Shown here one piece after another: positions 52,212 to 64,000 of a stretch of 64,000 bases of DNA. The notes beneath the pieces were generated by a model that made no database searches, had not been told where the DNA came from, and saw only the letters and a list, made by a program, of their open reading frames with translations. Positions within the stretch are counted from its first letter, which is position 1. Each line of letters opens with the position of its first letter. The position numbers and the translations under genes are program-made. Source of the DNA: Haliotis rufescens (lineage: Eukaryota); contig NW_025963779.1 in assembly GCF_023055435.1 (NCBI RefSeq), positions 33,790,001-33,854,000 on the forward strand, given 5' to 3'.

Positions 52212-52369
52212 CAGACTCTTCCTCATCTGATTGTTTTGCTTTCTCCGTCTCCTTGGGGGATGGTTCAGAGACTTGCACAACAATCACCTCCTCCCCTGGG
52301 TTGCTTGAGGGCTGCTGCATCTTCTTGGGAGGGGCCTTGCCGCCAACCATCCCCTTCTGAACCTGGCAC
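52212..52369 (-). CDS. ERICH3: ERICH3 exon
   Basis: ctcAG|G TGC CAG (completes PCYKC)...QSDEEES G|GTaggt; phase 2 to 1. Confidence 0.88.
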
Positions 52370-52745
52370 CTGAGAAAAAGAAGTCTTAGTGAGAGAATGT
52401 CGCAGTCAGCACAAGGGTGTAGGAGAGATCACAACAGCCTTCAACCACGGACACCCTGAACTAGACTGTATTTCATTCCAGAGCAGATATGTGGGTTATA
52501 TGTAAATGCAATCTACGATGTTGATCAGCTTAATGATTCAAACAGCCACACTCTTTCGCATCCAAGGGACTAAAAAATATAAAATATTGTCAAAGAGTTC
52601 TTGTTCTAGGGAATTATTCCTATTGAACAGTTTTTACTAGGAACTTTTTTCTGTCATACATTTACACTGACAATATTTGTTCATGTGGAACTAAACATTG
52701 TTGACAATATTTGCCTCCATTTTTAATCTGTACGGCTATAGGATT

Positions 52746-52929
52746 CGTTTGTTTGTATATTTGTTGTTTAACGCTGTACTCAGCAGTATTCTAGCTATAT
52801 GGTGGCGGTCTGCAAATAGTCAAGTCTGGAAAAGACAATCCAGTGATTGACATCCTGAGCATCAGCGAGTCTGACCACCTGATCGCCTTTTACAGCAAGC
52901 ATGGGTACCTATTCTATCCCGGATCTTCA
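52746..52929 (-). mobile_element. interspersed repeat family C, internally deleted
   Basis: reverse complement of family C ends (GTTTGTTTG...GACCACCTGATCGCCTTTTACAGCAAGCATGGG...GGATCTTCA). Confidence 0.72.
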
Positions 52930-53012
52930 TGGGTCATGCATATAGGAAGCAACATTTTGTGTCCATCAAAAGCCGTGACAGGTCTCATTACATGTTCAGG
53001 GTTTGTAGAGAC

Positions 53013-53565
53013 CATCTTCCCGAGGCAAGTGGGTTAACTGACTATAAAAGTCCAGTTTCAGCCCTTGCCGAACTAGGCTGGTATTATGGAGTTACATTTT
53101 GGCTGGACAAACGAGTCTATGCATAGTCCAATCAAAATCGCACACCGAAATCGAAATCCGGTTCGTAAAGTGTCATGCAGATTTCGGTTGACTGCAGCAT
53201 TTGCAAAGCATTTGCAAAGCATTTGCACCGCAAACTCGTCAACAGATAGTTTCTAAATCTATTCATGTTTTTAATCAAGGTGCTCACGTGATTTGATGCA
53301 CTTCGCGATGTAAGACTTGTTTTATCACAATATAGATCTTGATTATCGATCATATTGTCTTGACTTGGCGCCACCGTTTTGTTTGAAACAAATGCAAGTG
53401 ATACGAGAGGTTGAATCTGATTGGTCAGTAGGAGAGGCATAGAAAGGACATAACTCGCAATAGCCACTGGTGGCGCTACGATCGAGCCCAGGAATTCCAG
53501 CCTAGTTCGGCAAGGGTGGAAACTGGACTTTTAAAGTCAGTTAACTCTCTTGCCTCGGGAAGATG
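53013..53565. mobile_element. MITE family E, opposite orientation to the 58398 copy, 9-bp TSD
   Basis: same TIRs; TSD TGTAGAGAC at 53004-53012 and 53566-53574. Confidence 0.95.
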
Positions 53566-53780
53566 TGTAGAGACACGCTCTGTCGCAATACTCCATGGAG
53601 GACTAACAGGATAGATCTCCATTTAATGTGTCAGCTTTTACAGGGTGACCTCGGCCTTCAAAATACTTATTACTGTCTTTTTGATATAGGTAGATTTATA
53701 GTCAAGAAATGCTCTCACTAAAGAATCCTTCTTTGAGGAACTGTCACCTGCATTTTAAAAAAATGGCAAGCAAGACTCAC

Positions 53781-53967
53781 TTGTAGCAGGGATTCATGCC
53801 TTTGATGACAACAAAGCTGAAGTGACCTTGCTTGGCCCCGAGTCGGACTTTCTTGGAGTGGCCGAACTCACAACACGTGCTGACCCTTGCATCTTGCCGG
53901 CCATCTACGTACAACGTCAGACTGAATGGGTAGCCCCGGTGACGCTTTGATGTGAAGCTGAACTTGC
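53781..53967 (-). CDS. ERICH3: ERICH3 exon, DUF4590 core
   Basis: KFSFTSKRHRGYPFSLTLYVDGRQDARVSTCCEFGHSKKVRLGAKQGHFSFVVIKGMNPCYK; AG/GT, phase 1 to 2. Confidence 0.93.
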
Positions 53968-54067
53968 CTGGAGACAATGAATGCAAGGCTGGACATGTTT
54001 GTATAAACTTATTGTCACCTTATACTACATGTGCTCTCAGTGAAGCCTCTTAACACTGTCAGAGACA

Positions 54068-55085
54068 CCTTTATACTCACTTCCTGACTCAATAAGACCC
54101 ATATACTCACTTCCTGGCTCAATGAGACCCATATACTCATTTCCTGGCTCAATGAGACCCTTATACTCACTCCCTGACTCAATAAGACCCATATACTCAC
54201 TACCTGGCTCAATGAGACCCTTATGCTCATTTCCTGGCTCAATGAGACCCTTATAATCACTTCCTGGCTCAATGAGACCCTCATACTCACTACCTGGCTC
54301 AATGAGACCCTCATACTCACTTCCTGGCTCAATGAGACCCTTATACTCATTTCTGGCTCAATGAGACCCTCATACTCACTTCCTGGCTTAATGAGACCCT
54401 TATACTCACTCCCTGGCTCAATGAGACCCTCATACTCACTTCCTGGCTCAATGAGACCCTTATACTCACTACCTGGATCAATGAGACCCTCATACTCACT
54501 TCCAGGCTCAATGAGACCCTCATACTCACTTCCTGGCTTAATGAGACCCTTTTACTCACTCCCTGGCTCAATGAGACCCTCATACTCACTTCCTGGCTCA
54601 ATGAGACCCTTATACTCATTTCTGGCTCAATGAGACCCTCATACTCACTTCCTGGCTTAATGAGACCCTTATACTCACTCCCTGGCTCAATGAGACCCTC
54701 ATACTCACTTCCTGGCTCAATGAGACCCTTATACTCACTACCTGGATCAATGAGACCCTCATACTCACTTCCAGGCTCAATGAGACCCTCATACTCACTT
54801 CCTGGCTTAATGAGACCCTTATACTCACTCCCTGGCTCAATGAGACCCTCATACTCACTTCCTGGCTCAATGAGACCCTTATACTCACTACCTGGCTCAA
54901 TGAGACCCTCATACTCACTTCCTGGCTCAATGAGACCCTTATACTCACTACCTGGCTCAATGAGACCCTCATACTCACTTCCTGGCTCAATGAGACCCTT
55001 ATACTCACTTCCTGGATCAATGAGACCCTCATACTCACTTCCAGGCTCAATGAGACCCTCATACTCACTTCCAGGCTCAATGAGG
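54068..55085. repeat. minisatellite, 30-bp unit x ~34, derived from exon end + 5' splice site
   Basis: minus-strand unit GGGTCTCATTGAGCCAGGAA|GTGAGTAT(G/A)A; first unit overlaps the real exon end at 55069. Confidence 0.97.
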
Positions 55086-55273
55086 CCCTTGAACACAGTC
55101 AGGGTGTTGCCCCCACAATGTTGCTGCTCCACGCTGACATCGTGCCGGTTGTCGGTTCTCTCTCGAGCAAGTTTGAGAGCCCAGCCATGGAACTTCATGG
55201 TCACCTCACAGTTCGAGTGGATGTCCCCCTGGTGTCTCATTGCCGGCTCTCTCCGGTGCAGGTCAACCCCAGG
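55069..55273 (-). CDS. ERICH3: ERICH3 exon, start of DUF4590
   Basis: ttgcAG|PGVDLHRR...CEVTMKFHG...VSVEQQHCGGNTLTVFKGLIEPG A|GTgagt; QQHCGG motif of DUF4590; phase 0 to 1. Confidence 0.92.
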
Positions 55274-55413
55274 CTGCAAGAAGTGACATCATCAGCAAAA
55301 CCATCACCAACATCAGCAAAAACATTCTTCTACATCATCACCAAATTCTTAAAACAAACCTTCAGGACAATCAGCCAATGAGAAAATGAACCGATCTAAA
55401 ATCCTGATAAAAC

Positions 55414-55884
55414 CAATCTCATTAAAATCAGATCTTAGTACTCACTATCGCTGAACAAAGATCTGAGGACATCCCATTACGGGTCACCTCAGAACGACCT
55501 TTCATCCAACCAATCAGAGTGTCACTTACCAGATCAGGAAAGTGACAGACAGAATGTGTTTTCTAATCATGCAACCTCGAAATATTTAACAGAGGGTATT
55601 CCGAACGACAGTTACGGGTTTTATGATTATATCCATACAATCTAGGCCATCTGTAAGCCATTCCAGAATGTTCTTTTTATCAGTTTTAAAAATTTTAACC
55701 GGGAATACGTCAAAATATGTTTTGAAGCGTAGTCGCCAGTTTGAAACTAGTGTCGTAAAGATCGAGAAAGCTGCCTTCTGATTTGCTAATGTCGATTTCT
55801 TGTCAGTCATTTCATTGATCGGTCAAAGTTCGCGAGAAATCTTTCTGACGTGACCCGTAATGAGATCTGATTTTAATGAGATTG
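55414..55884. mobile_element. MITE family G, 9-bp TSD
   Basis: TIR CAATCTCATTAAAATCAGATCT / AGATCTGATTTTAATGAGATTG; TSD TGATAAAAC at 55405-55413 and 55885-55893. Confidence 0.92.
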
Positions 55885-56027
55885 TGATAAAACAACACAA
55901 CCAATCTAACACATTTTTTAAATTATTAAATTTGCTTGAATACAAAGCTCATCCCAGTATTTAACATAATATTTTCTTTCATTTAACGTAATTGTAAGTA
56001 TTAAGTATAACTAAATGAAAAACATAC

Positions 56028-56219
56028 ACTCCGTTTGGGTGACTTATCGCTGCTGGTAGAGCGCCCCCTGTTTCCAGCGCTGCGATGTCGGGCAGGGCCA
56101 GTGCGGGGGGAGGAGGGGGGGATGGGTATCTGTGGAATCAGATATGGGGAGGCCAAGGTGTTTGTCTGCTCCATCTTCGCCAGAGCAGTCGCATAACGCC
56201 GCAGGGCAAGTGGGTTCAG
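56028..56219 (-). CDS. ERICH3: ERICH3 exon
   Basis: ttcAG|LNPLALRRYATALAKMEQ...SPKRS|GTatgt; 192 nt, phase 0-0. Confidence 0.82.
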
Positions 56220-56847
56220 CTGAAACACGAAGTGGATGATGATTACGTCACATCCTATCAGGCCATCTGCAGTCATTTCACACCACAGCAATAGTCCATA
56301 TCACGGTCCATGAAATCTGCAATTTCTCCTGTTGCTAGTCACAGGACAGGATACGCCATCCTTACAAAATGACCTCCATTCTGTAGCAGACGTGGGAAAA
56401 GATCCAATCTATCTGCATAGCACTTGACTCTGTCAATACCCAGCTGATCATCAGGGTGATGTCAACTTTGCAATTTACCAATGTGTCATTGTTATACCCG
56501 ACACTGAATTTGACAGTAGCCATTTTATCCTCAAGTGTGTCCTTTGTCACATGATCACCGAACGGATGAGAAAATACAATACAGCACCGCAATTAAGGGA
56601 ATAACAATTGATAGGAATATTAACCAACTAAAAACATTGTAATTCATTTAGTTTTCCAAAATTACACCTTGTTTGAAAAGCCACATGGATATAGGCTTTA
56701 TTTTTTAAATTAATATCCAACAAGGGTCTTCCCTTGAATCACTAACACCTTCCCAAGCAATCTATTGTTGAATCTAGGAATCTTTGTCATCTGTTATCAT
56801 AATACTTATTCTAAGGTTGGATGAACCCAGCACAGCAAGTTCCTTAC

Positions 56848-56973
56848 AGAGTAGAGGTGTCTGGCATCAATCTCCTCCCTGCTGCGTGGAGTTCTGCTAC
56901 GTCCAGATCTTACAAGGGGCTGCTCACAGTCCGACATGTCGATCGTGTTGCCATCGTCATCAACATAGATGAC
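56848..56973 (-). CDS. ERICH3: ERICH3 exon
   Basis: atgtAG|VIYVDDDGNTIDMSDCEQPLVRSGRSRTPRSREEIDARHLYS|GTaagg; 126 nt, phase 0-0. Confidence 0.8.
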
Positions 56974-57534
56974 CTACATAGAGGATGTCATAAATTTGCA
57001 GAATGTCTTTGACAAAAGTATTTATCAATGAAATGCTTCTGTTATCATAATATTAATTTATTTTGTGTGTGTCTAGTAAAGGGTTATCTAAGAAATAAAT
57101 TACTGGATCCTTATTTCTGGGCCAATAAATTAAAATTTTACAATCACAAATCTAAATTATTATAAATGTAACAGACCCTGTTTTAGCTGCCTTCTTTCAA
57201 AAAATAGAATTTTTCCTGCAGAACTTTCATAACAATATTCTGCAAAATTCATAAGATTTATTTGTATGATTACATTTTAATAGTTGACATTTTCTTACAA
57301 TAATAAAGATATGCTGAACATCTAGCCTCATATAAAATGACAATTGCCATGGCAATAGCATCCATATTTAACATCACATATTACAATTGATCTATTTCAA
57401 ACTATTGATCTAAATTCAAACAATAAATCAATAAGATCCAATAAGCATTTAGCTAGCTAAATTAGCAGTAACTAACTCAGTGAATAACACAGCATGGCAA
57501 AATGTGAAAATGTTATGATGTTATGAAAACTCAC

Positions 57535-57723
57535 ATCAGCATCCTCATCATTGGATTCATACACTGACGAGTTAGTATCAGGCATATTAGAGGGTGCACT
57601 GATGGGGCGGTACTTCCCCGAGCGGTGGCGGTGGGGGCGTGGCGAGGGCCCTGACTGGGGCCGACTAGAGCGAGGGGATAGGAAAGGCAAGATATCCTCA
57701 TCGCTCCTCCGAACACGCTGTGT
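57535..57723 (-). CDS. ERICH3: ERICH3 exon
   Basis: ttgtAG|TQRVRRSDEDILPFLSPRSSRPQSGP...NDEDAD|GTgagt; 189 nt, phase 0-0. Confidence 0.85.
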
Positions 57724-58397
57724 CTACAAGGATAGCATGGATAGTGCATGATAGTGATGATGATGATGATGACTACGTATGGTGACGGCTTGTGAGGCCA
57801 TAATGGCGGTCCGATCTGTGATGAGAGCTGTTGGTGTTTGTTGAGTGCTACAGAAAAACTTCATTAGAATGGTACATGTACTGTTCAGCCAAGGATTATA
57901 CATCTGGAAATAGCTTAAGCACCACCCACTCCATATTTCCATATAAAATAGCCAAAATGTTTAAATCATGTCCTGTATTAATTGTCTTGACAAATCAAAC
58001 TTCTTTTTGATTATAAAGTAACATACTCATTCGGAAAAATTGCAATTAATTATGTAATGACAGGTTTTTAAATTTTCCATGGTGATTGTTACTTGACTGC
58101 ATTTCAACTGTTTCCCCTGCTTCTCTGCATCATAGGATACGACTCAGTGTGGACGACCCTCTGGGGAAACATACAGTGATCTTGTACCAACTGTTCCAAG
58201 GTATTGGTGGCATCTTAGACATTGATCAAAGCCAAATAAATGTTATATGCAGATATTCCCTAACAATGAATGGAAGTTCTTGATGAATATGGAAGGGGTG
58301 GTGCTTAACTTATTTTCAGGTGTATATTTCCACATACTGCTCCAGCCCTACACCTCTGCTGTCAGTGTGTCAAAACACTTTCCATTCACATATTTCT

Positions 58398-58904
58398 CAT
58401 CTTCCCGAGGCAAGAGAGTTAACTGACTTTAAAAGTCCAGTTTCCACCTTTGCCGAACTAGGCTGGAATTCCTGGGCTCCATCGTAGCGCCACCAGTATT
58501 TATTACTAGTTATGTCCCTTCTAAACCTTTCCCATGGACCAATCAGATTCCACCGCTCGTATCACTTGTATCTGATTGATAATGAAGATCATTATTGTGA
58601 TAAAACGGGTTTTACATCGCAAAGTGCATCAAATCACGTGAGCACCTTGATTAAAAACATGAAATGATTTGAAAAATATCTGTTGACAACAAGTTGGCGG
58701 TGCACATGCTTTGCAAATCCTGCAATCGACCGAAATCTGCACGACAGTTTACGAACCAGTTTTCAATTTCATTGCACGATTTTGATTGGACTATGCATTG
58801 ACTCGTTACCCCAGCCAAAATGTAACTCCATAATACCAGCCTAGTTCGGCAAGGGTGGAAACTGGACTTTTATAGTCAGTTAACTCTCTTGCCTCGGGAA
58901 GATG
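58398..58904. mobile_element. MITE family E, long TIRs, 9-bp TSD
   Basis: ~68-bp TIR CATCTTCCCGAGGCAAGAGAGTTAACTGAC...; TSD CATATTTCT at 58389-58397 and 58905-58913. Confidence 0.95.
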
Positions 58905-61762
58905 CATATTTCTATACCCAAACTGAATACAGTTGGGATGGAGATCGATATGGGGTGAAACGATAGAGCAAGGTCACACAACATAGGTCACGGTATGATA
59001 CGTATTGCGATATATACGCATGTAATTATCAAACTGCAGGGACATTTCGCGGCCATACAAATTTCAGAGCAGGTTCCCAAGGAAAGGTTAGCTGTAGACA
59101 CATGTTCGTAGCAGCTATTTTAAGTAGTGAACTTGAAACACTATTTACAACACATCTTGTGATATTTGACTGACAAAAACACTGGGGTCATTAAACGAGT
59201 AGAAAGTTAGTATTTTATTTTAGCAAGTGATTTGTCTTGTATGAATACTCAAAGAAACGTATCACGTGTCGCATTGTCGTATTAAAACTCACAATGCAAC
59301 GGAGAACCGATGTGTCGTTTCACTCTTAAAGATACCTAACACTGGAAACAATCCAGTCAAATATGTGTGTAATTTCCATGTTCCCTGACTAAAACACATG
59401 TGAAGTGTGATCCATTCAAGGCCTACTACACCGGCAAAGTGCTATTTCTTTCCATGTCACTGTAGAGTGATCTGCCTTGATGTGCACCTGCTTCACACAA
59501 ATTGCTCCAAGTATCAAATACTTTGAAATAATGCCAAGGCACATGGAGGTGATTTAATACCCAATCATCTGCTCAAACATGATGACAGTGCATCCGTAAA
59601 AGCAAGTATGATCTTAAATTTTGTTACACTGAAATAACATAGAAAGCTATGGTGTTTTGCAGCCCTTGGGCACCCCAATGGTCCCTGGTGACAGTATCAC
59701 AGTACATAGACTCAATATGCCCCGAAGAAAGGGAAAACAATAGGTATTTTTAGAAGAAGTGGACCTTGTTATAAATCTGAAGTTCTTTATCATTGTTGTT
59801 TTGAAGGTACAAAAAAAAAGAAACAAAGGATTTTTTTTCTTGGCCTAAAACATTGATACCTGCCTGTCTGTCATACATTGTGTATTTCCTAACAACCTAA
59901 GATATAGGCTGGTACACTAGCTGTGGCATCTACGTATCATGATACACACTGTATCAAGGTTCACGTTCTCTGGACTGCTGATACATATCTGTAATGATGT
60001 TGATCACTGATGATGACATGACATGAGAGATAAAGGACATGGAATATCTCAACTGCTCTACCTTCTACAGTGTCTACTAGGATGCTAACATTTGTAGGAA
60101 TGTTGTTAGGTTGATGCTAGTGCATGGGTCAAATTACTAATTGCTTGTCTAACCTACAAGATTGTAAAGCAAACTCTACCTAATGATCTATACTTTTAAA
60201 GGAACAACATTTACTATCAAGTTGGGGAAGGGTGAAGATAACAATTCAGTAAAATTAATAACACATGGCTATTGTTTTATTTCCTTAAATCTTGACTTGT
60301 TAACAAGTAGGGGATGATATAAGCAGAATTCCAACAGTAGACAATATTAATATTATTATATTATTTCTCAAAATCTGCAGCAGAAGAAAACTTGTTCTGC
60401 CCTAAACTCTACAGAATAATATAATGTTGAACGATTGTAATAGACCAATTCCACCAGGTAATTGCTTTAGTCAAATAGACATGTCAACATGGAGATCAGC
60501 CTCTCTTACAAACCCAAGAGTATATATTTATTAAAACATTCACTTCCATCCCACCCCTCATCCCATTCACAGTCAGTTTTTTCTTCAGTTTTTTATATGA
60601 CAATACACCATTGGCAACATTCTGCTATTTCTTGAATAACCTTATGTCAGATCCGATTAGAATAATATAACTGTTTCTTAGACAATCAGCCCATTTAAAA
60701 CGAGGCGATACATACATCAGAATACACATACCTGATTCAATATTTTATTGATAGCTAAGAATATATTTTTGCCTTAACCAAGTATGTGAACAGAAATGGA
60801 TTTACCTATTCTAAATGGATTTGAAAAGATCTTTAGTAAACAATCTAACGAGTGATGAGATGGCTTATCATTGATATTGAATGCATTCATGTATAGCAAA
60901 TATATGGCAGCTGGCTGCGTCTATAGCTGTCTATCAACTCCACAATGTGAAAAGTAGCTCACTGCAAAAAGGCAAACTGTCACGTTAATTTCACAACATC
61001 AACACAGCAGCTATCGTCCTTCTTGAATACCATACCATCAGAATATACAGCAATCACTCAACTACAACATCTCTTATCAACTCTCTTGAGATAAATAAGA
61101 TTTCATAAGTACATAAAAAGTATGAGGTATGATATGCACCTGTTTTGGGGGACAAGAAGCGCCAACATCAAGAAATAATGAAAACCTTTTGACATAGTTA
61201 TCAATATCAACAGAATTGTTCATATGACCTCAAATGACATTTTGTTTCATGTTCTGGACTTTCAACAACAGCAGTTGAAAGGTAATGCTAAAATATATGT
61301 CAAAAAGGCACATTTTGTGGGCATTTTTATGAGGGCTTTTCCAATACTTGGACATGAGCAAGTCTTTGACTTCCTAAAAGATGAAAGCAAAGTTGGTATA
61401 ATATGGTGAAAAATTCATCTTTAACCACAGACTTACTCCTATTAATATATTTTCCAATAATTTGAAAAATTGCCTTTTTTGTTCATCTTGGCCTTTGTTC
61501 TGATATGAACATGTCAAAAGTAAAAATCTTGCAAGTGATTGAAAGAAAAAAAAGTTAGTTTTCAACCTTATTAACACTTCCCATTATTTTCAAAACAAAA
61601 TGTTAAAGATTTTATCAACTTAAAAAAAAAAAAATTCAAGTAGGCTTCTATCATAACTGAACCATGAAAAAATATTTGATGGCCTGGTCTAGCAAGACTA
61701 TAGCTGCTATGAAGAGGTGCTAGGTTAATTGCATGCTACACAAGTTAGGTATGTGTGTGTAC

Positions 61763-61972
61763 CCGCTCTTCAATAAGCAGTTCGTTCTCAGCATACCCCC
61801 CAGAACGGGGGGTGGGGGTTCGATGGCCTTGGGAACGAGGAGAATCACTCCTGTCCCTTTTACCCTCAGATCGAGATCGGGTATGGCGCTTATAGGGGGC
61901 ATCCTTCTCCCGCGGACTCCCTGTGATCAGGGGCAGGAGAGCTTCGTCTACTGCATGGCAATTCCTTTCACC
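61763..61972 (-). CDS. ERICH3: ERICH3 candidate alternative exon (paralog of 57535-57723)
   Basis: caccAG|GERNCHAVDEALLPLITGSPR...LLIEER|GTacac; 210 nt, phase 0-0, GC-rich island in an AT-rich intron. Confidence 0.6.
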
Positions 61973-62204
61973 CTGGTGTCCCACAATACTCAGTTATTTT
62001 GTGAAATATGTACATTGAACAAAAGGTTAGAACATATATCATACATTTAGAAACATATGGATTGGTTTCAAGTTACTTGTATCGCATGTCATTGGTTTTC
62101 ATCCTCGACTAGCGAGAGTAGTATTCCTCCAAAACATAAACTGCCAGGCAAAAGAAAGTAAACACCCATGTTAGATGGTAGCAAAAATGAAACAATCAAG
62201 AAAC

Positions 62205-62623
62205 TAGGGCTGGGATGAGTCCAAATTAAATACCCAGGTACCCGACCCCTATTACCTGACCCTACCTGGGTACCCACTTTAGGTCTCAAGAGTTGGTACA
62301 AAATGTCTGATTGGGAATTGTTTTACCGCAGCCCTGGTAATAACTATTTACATGCTCGTATCAAACAATCAGATCATGTGTACACTGAAGATGACTGAAG
62401 CGTTATCTTTACTCAAACATATACAAGTTAAAAGGAATGTGTGCATCATCAGAAAGAAATGTGAACATTAGCGACTTGTAATGTTACCACTGAGCTATTG
62501 TGATTTTTTGTCATTAAACAATTTATCACGTGACTAACCATGGGTCTGGGTAGTAGTGTGTGTACCCGGGTCCTTCTCAGGACCCACCCGACCCGAGTAC
62601 CCGAGTTACCCGTCCCAGCCCTA
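62205..62623. mobile_element. hAT-like MITE family H
   Basis: TAGGGCTGGGA...TCCCAGCCCTA termini, subterminal TACCCG motifs; imperfect 8-bp TSD CAAGAAAC/CAAGAAGT. Confidence 0.87.
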
Positions 62624-63004
62624 CAAGAAGTGGTTATTCAGTGGAGTATAATTGATACGGGTATCATCGTTGTGTCTTGGTGTTTCTTCCATTTGTCCAG
62701 TGTATTGGCAAACTGTTTTCAGTCTAGCAACATTTTTAATAACATTTGTAAGGTTTTGTTCAAATCTTAATTTCAAGTATATGCTTTCTTTTGCCTGGCA
62801 TTTTATGAATCATAAATACATATTCACTGCCATAGCATCCTTTGGGAAGCGCATCGCTTCTAGTACATGTCCCTTGTGACACCTATTGCAAGACACATTT
62901 CATGACACATATTTCAAACATTAGCATGATACATATTGTCAGACATTATTATGGATACATGTTTTAGGACACCTATTTTGCAACACCTCTCCTGCGACAC
63001 CTAC

Positions 63005-63202
63005 CCTGACTCTCTGCACCAGCTCAATCTTGGCTATCTCCTCCAGTTTCTGTCTGATAGCCACTTGGCGATGTCGCTCCAGGTCCAGGGTCTTGTGGAC
63101 AATGGCCTGAGCCAGAAGATCCTTCACATGCTTCTTGTGTTCTTTGCGTGCTATGTTTAAGCGGTAGCTCGTCTCCGTAACAATCTGCCCGCGTCGGGTG
63201 AT
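63005..63202 (-). CDS. ERICH3: ERICH3 exon
   Basis: ITRRGQIVTETSYRLNIARKEHKKHVKDLLAQAIVHKTLDLERHRQVAIRQKLEEIAKIELVQRVR; AG/GT, 198 nt, phase 0-0. Confidence 0.92.
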
Positions 63203-63609
63203 CTGGAGGAAAAAATACATTCAATTATTGTGACAAAGTCACTCTGGTAAAATTTGTTCATCACCCAGAAACCTTATTAAACCAAACCCAGTTTTATCTG
63301 GAAACTACTTTTTTCATTTATTCGAAAGTATATTTTCCTCGGAACAATATCATCAATATTAATTGAATTGCACTGCATTTAAAATTTTGACGAGATGGAC
63401 ATTTCTGAAAGATCATATCAAAATGTGTCACTTGAACAGAAAAAAACATTCTGTTATACATATTTTAAACTTCAATTTCTTTGACCATGTTTACAAAATT
63501 CCCTCAGCATTTATATCAACACAGCAATGATTCTAATTATAGGAAGTAATATGATATTAACGATGAAAATGATGTTGAATGTCTCAAAGTAAAAAAAAGG
63601 ACTACGAAC

Positions 63610-63703
63610 CAGCCCCGATTTCCGCAGATGTCCGCGCATCTTGGTGTTGGCGAAGTAGCCAGCCAGGTGCTTGTCACTTAGGCTGTTGTAAGCCGAGAGT
63701 TGA
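63610..63703 (-). CDS. ERICH3: ERICH3 N-terminal exon (start-codon exon lies beyond the window)
   Basis: QLSAYNSLSDKHLAGYFANTKMRGHLRKSGL resembles the recalled vertebrate ERICH3 N-terminus (AYNSLxDKHLAGYF); ttcAG / GTtcgt, phase 2 to 0. Confidence 0.9.
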
Positions 63704-64000
63704 CTGAAACACAATGTCATGCACACTTTAAATGATGACAGTAGGACATGGACACACTTAAATTTAAATGTTGAATGATAAGTCTTTGTAGTGTTTTACA
63801 TTCTTAATATAAACAGATGAAGACAACAATATTGTTGCACTAAAATTTCAATTTGAAAAAAAGTAGAAAAACATACTTTTCTGATTAAAATATAAAATAA
63901 CTCCCCTTTGTCAAGGTAAAGATTAAGACTTGCACTGCATGTGTGTGGCTCTTGTACAATTTCCACCCAAATATTGTTTTGAAATGTCAGAACCTTTTTT

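Overview
This is eukaryotic, intron-rich animal genomic DNA. The SINE repertoire suggests a marine invertebrate, probably a gastropod such as abalone, but that is inference only. Two convergent genes are present. (1) On the + strand are the last five coding exons of adenylyl cyclase-associated protein (CAP; WH2 end plus CARP domain), 3079-7937. (2) On the - strand, a large ERICH3 (glutamate-rich protein 3, DUF4590) locus enters from the right edge. Its exons can be chained by hand with GT-AG sites and matching phases, either into a 2.07-kb acidic terminal exon (stop at 37771) or, skipping that exon, through acidic/Ser-rich exons into an LRRC73-like leucine-rich-repeat C-terminus (stop at 15193). 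Introns hold tRNA-derived SINEs, several MITE families with 8-10 bp target-site duplications (TSDs), a decayed Tc1 element and about ten minisatellites. The notable features concern splicing: a 30-bp in-frame minisatellite built from an exon end plus its 5' splice site, a probable duplicated/mutually exclusive exon pair, an intronic array of RBFOX and U1-mimic motifs, inverted mobile-element pairs bracketing exon blocks, and an RFX X-box that may mark an internal promoter. There are no CRISPR arrays, rRNA genes or genuine tRNA genes. All gene models are manual and lack transcript support.
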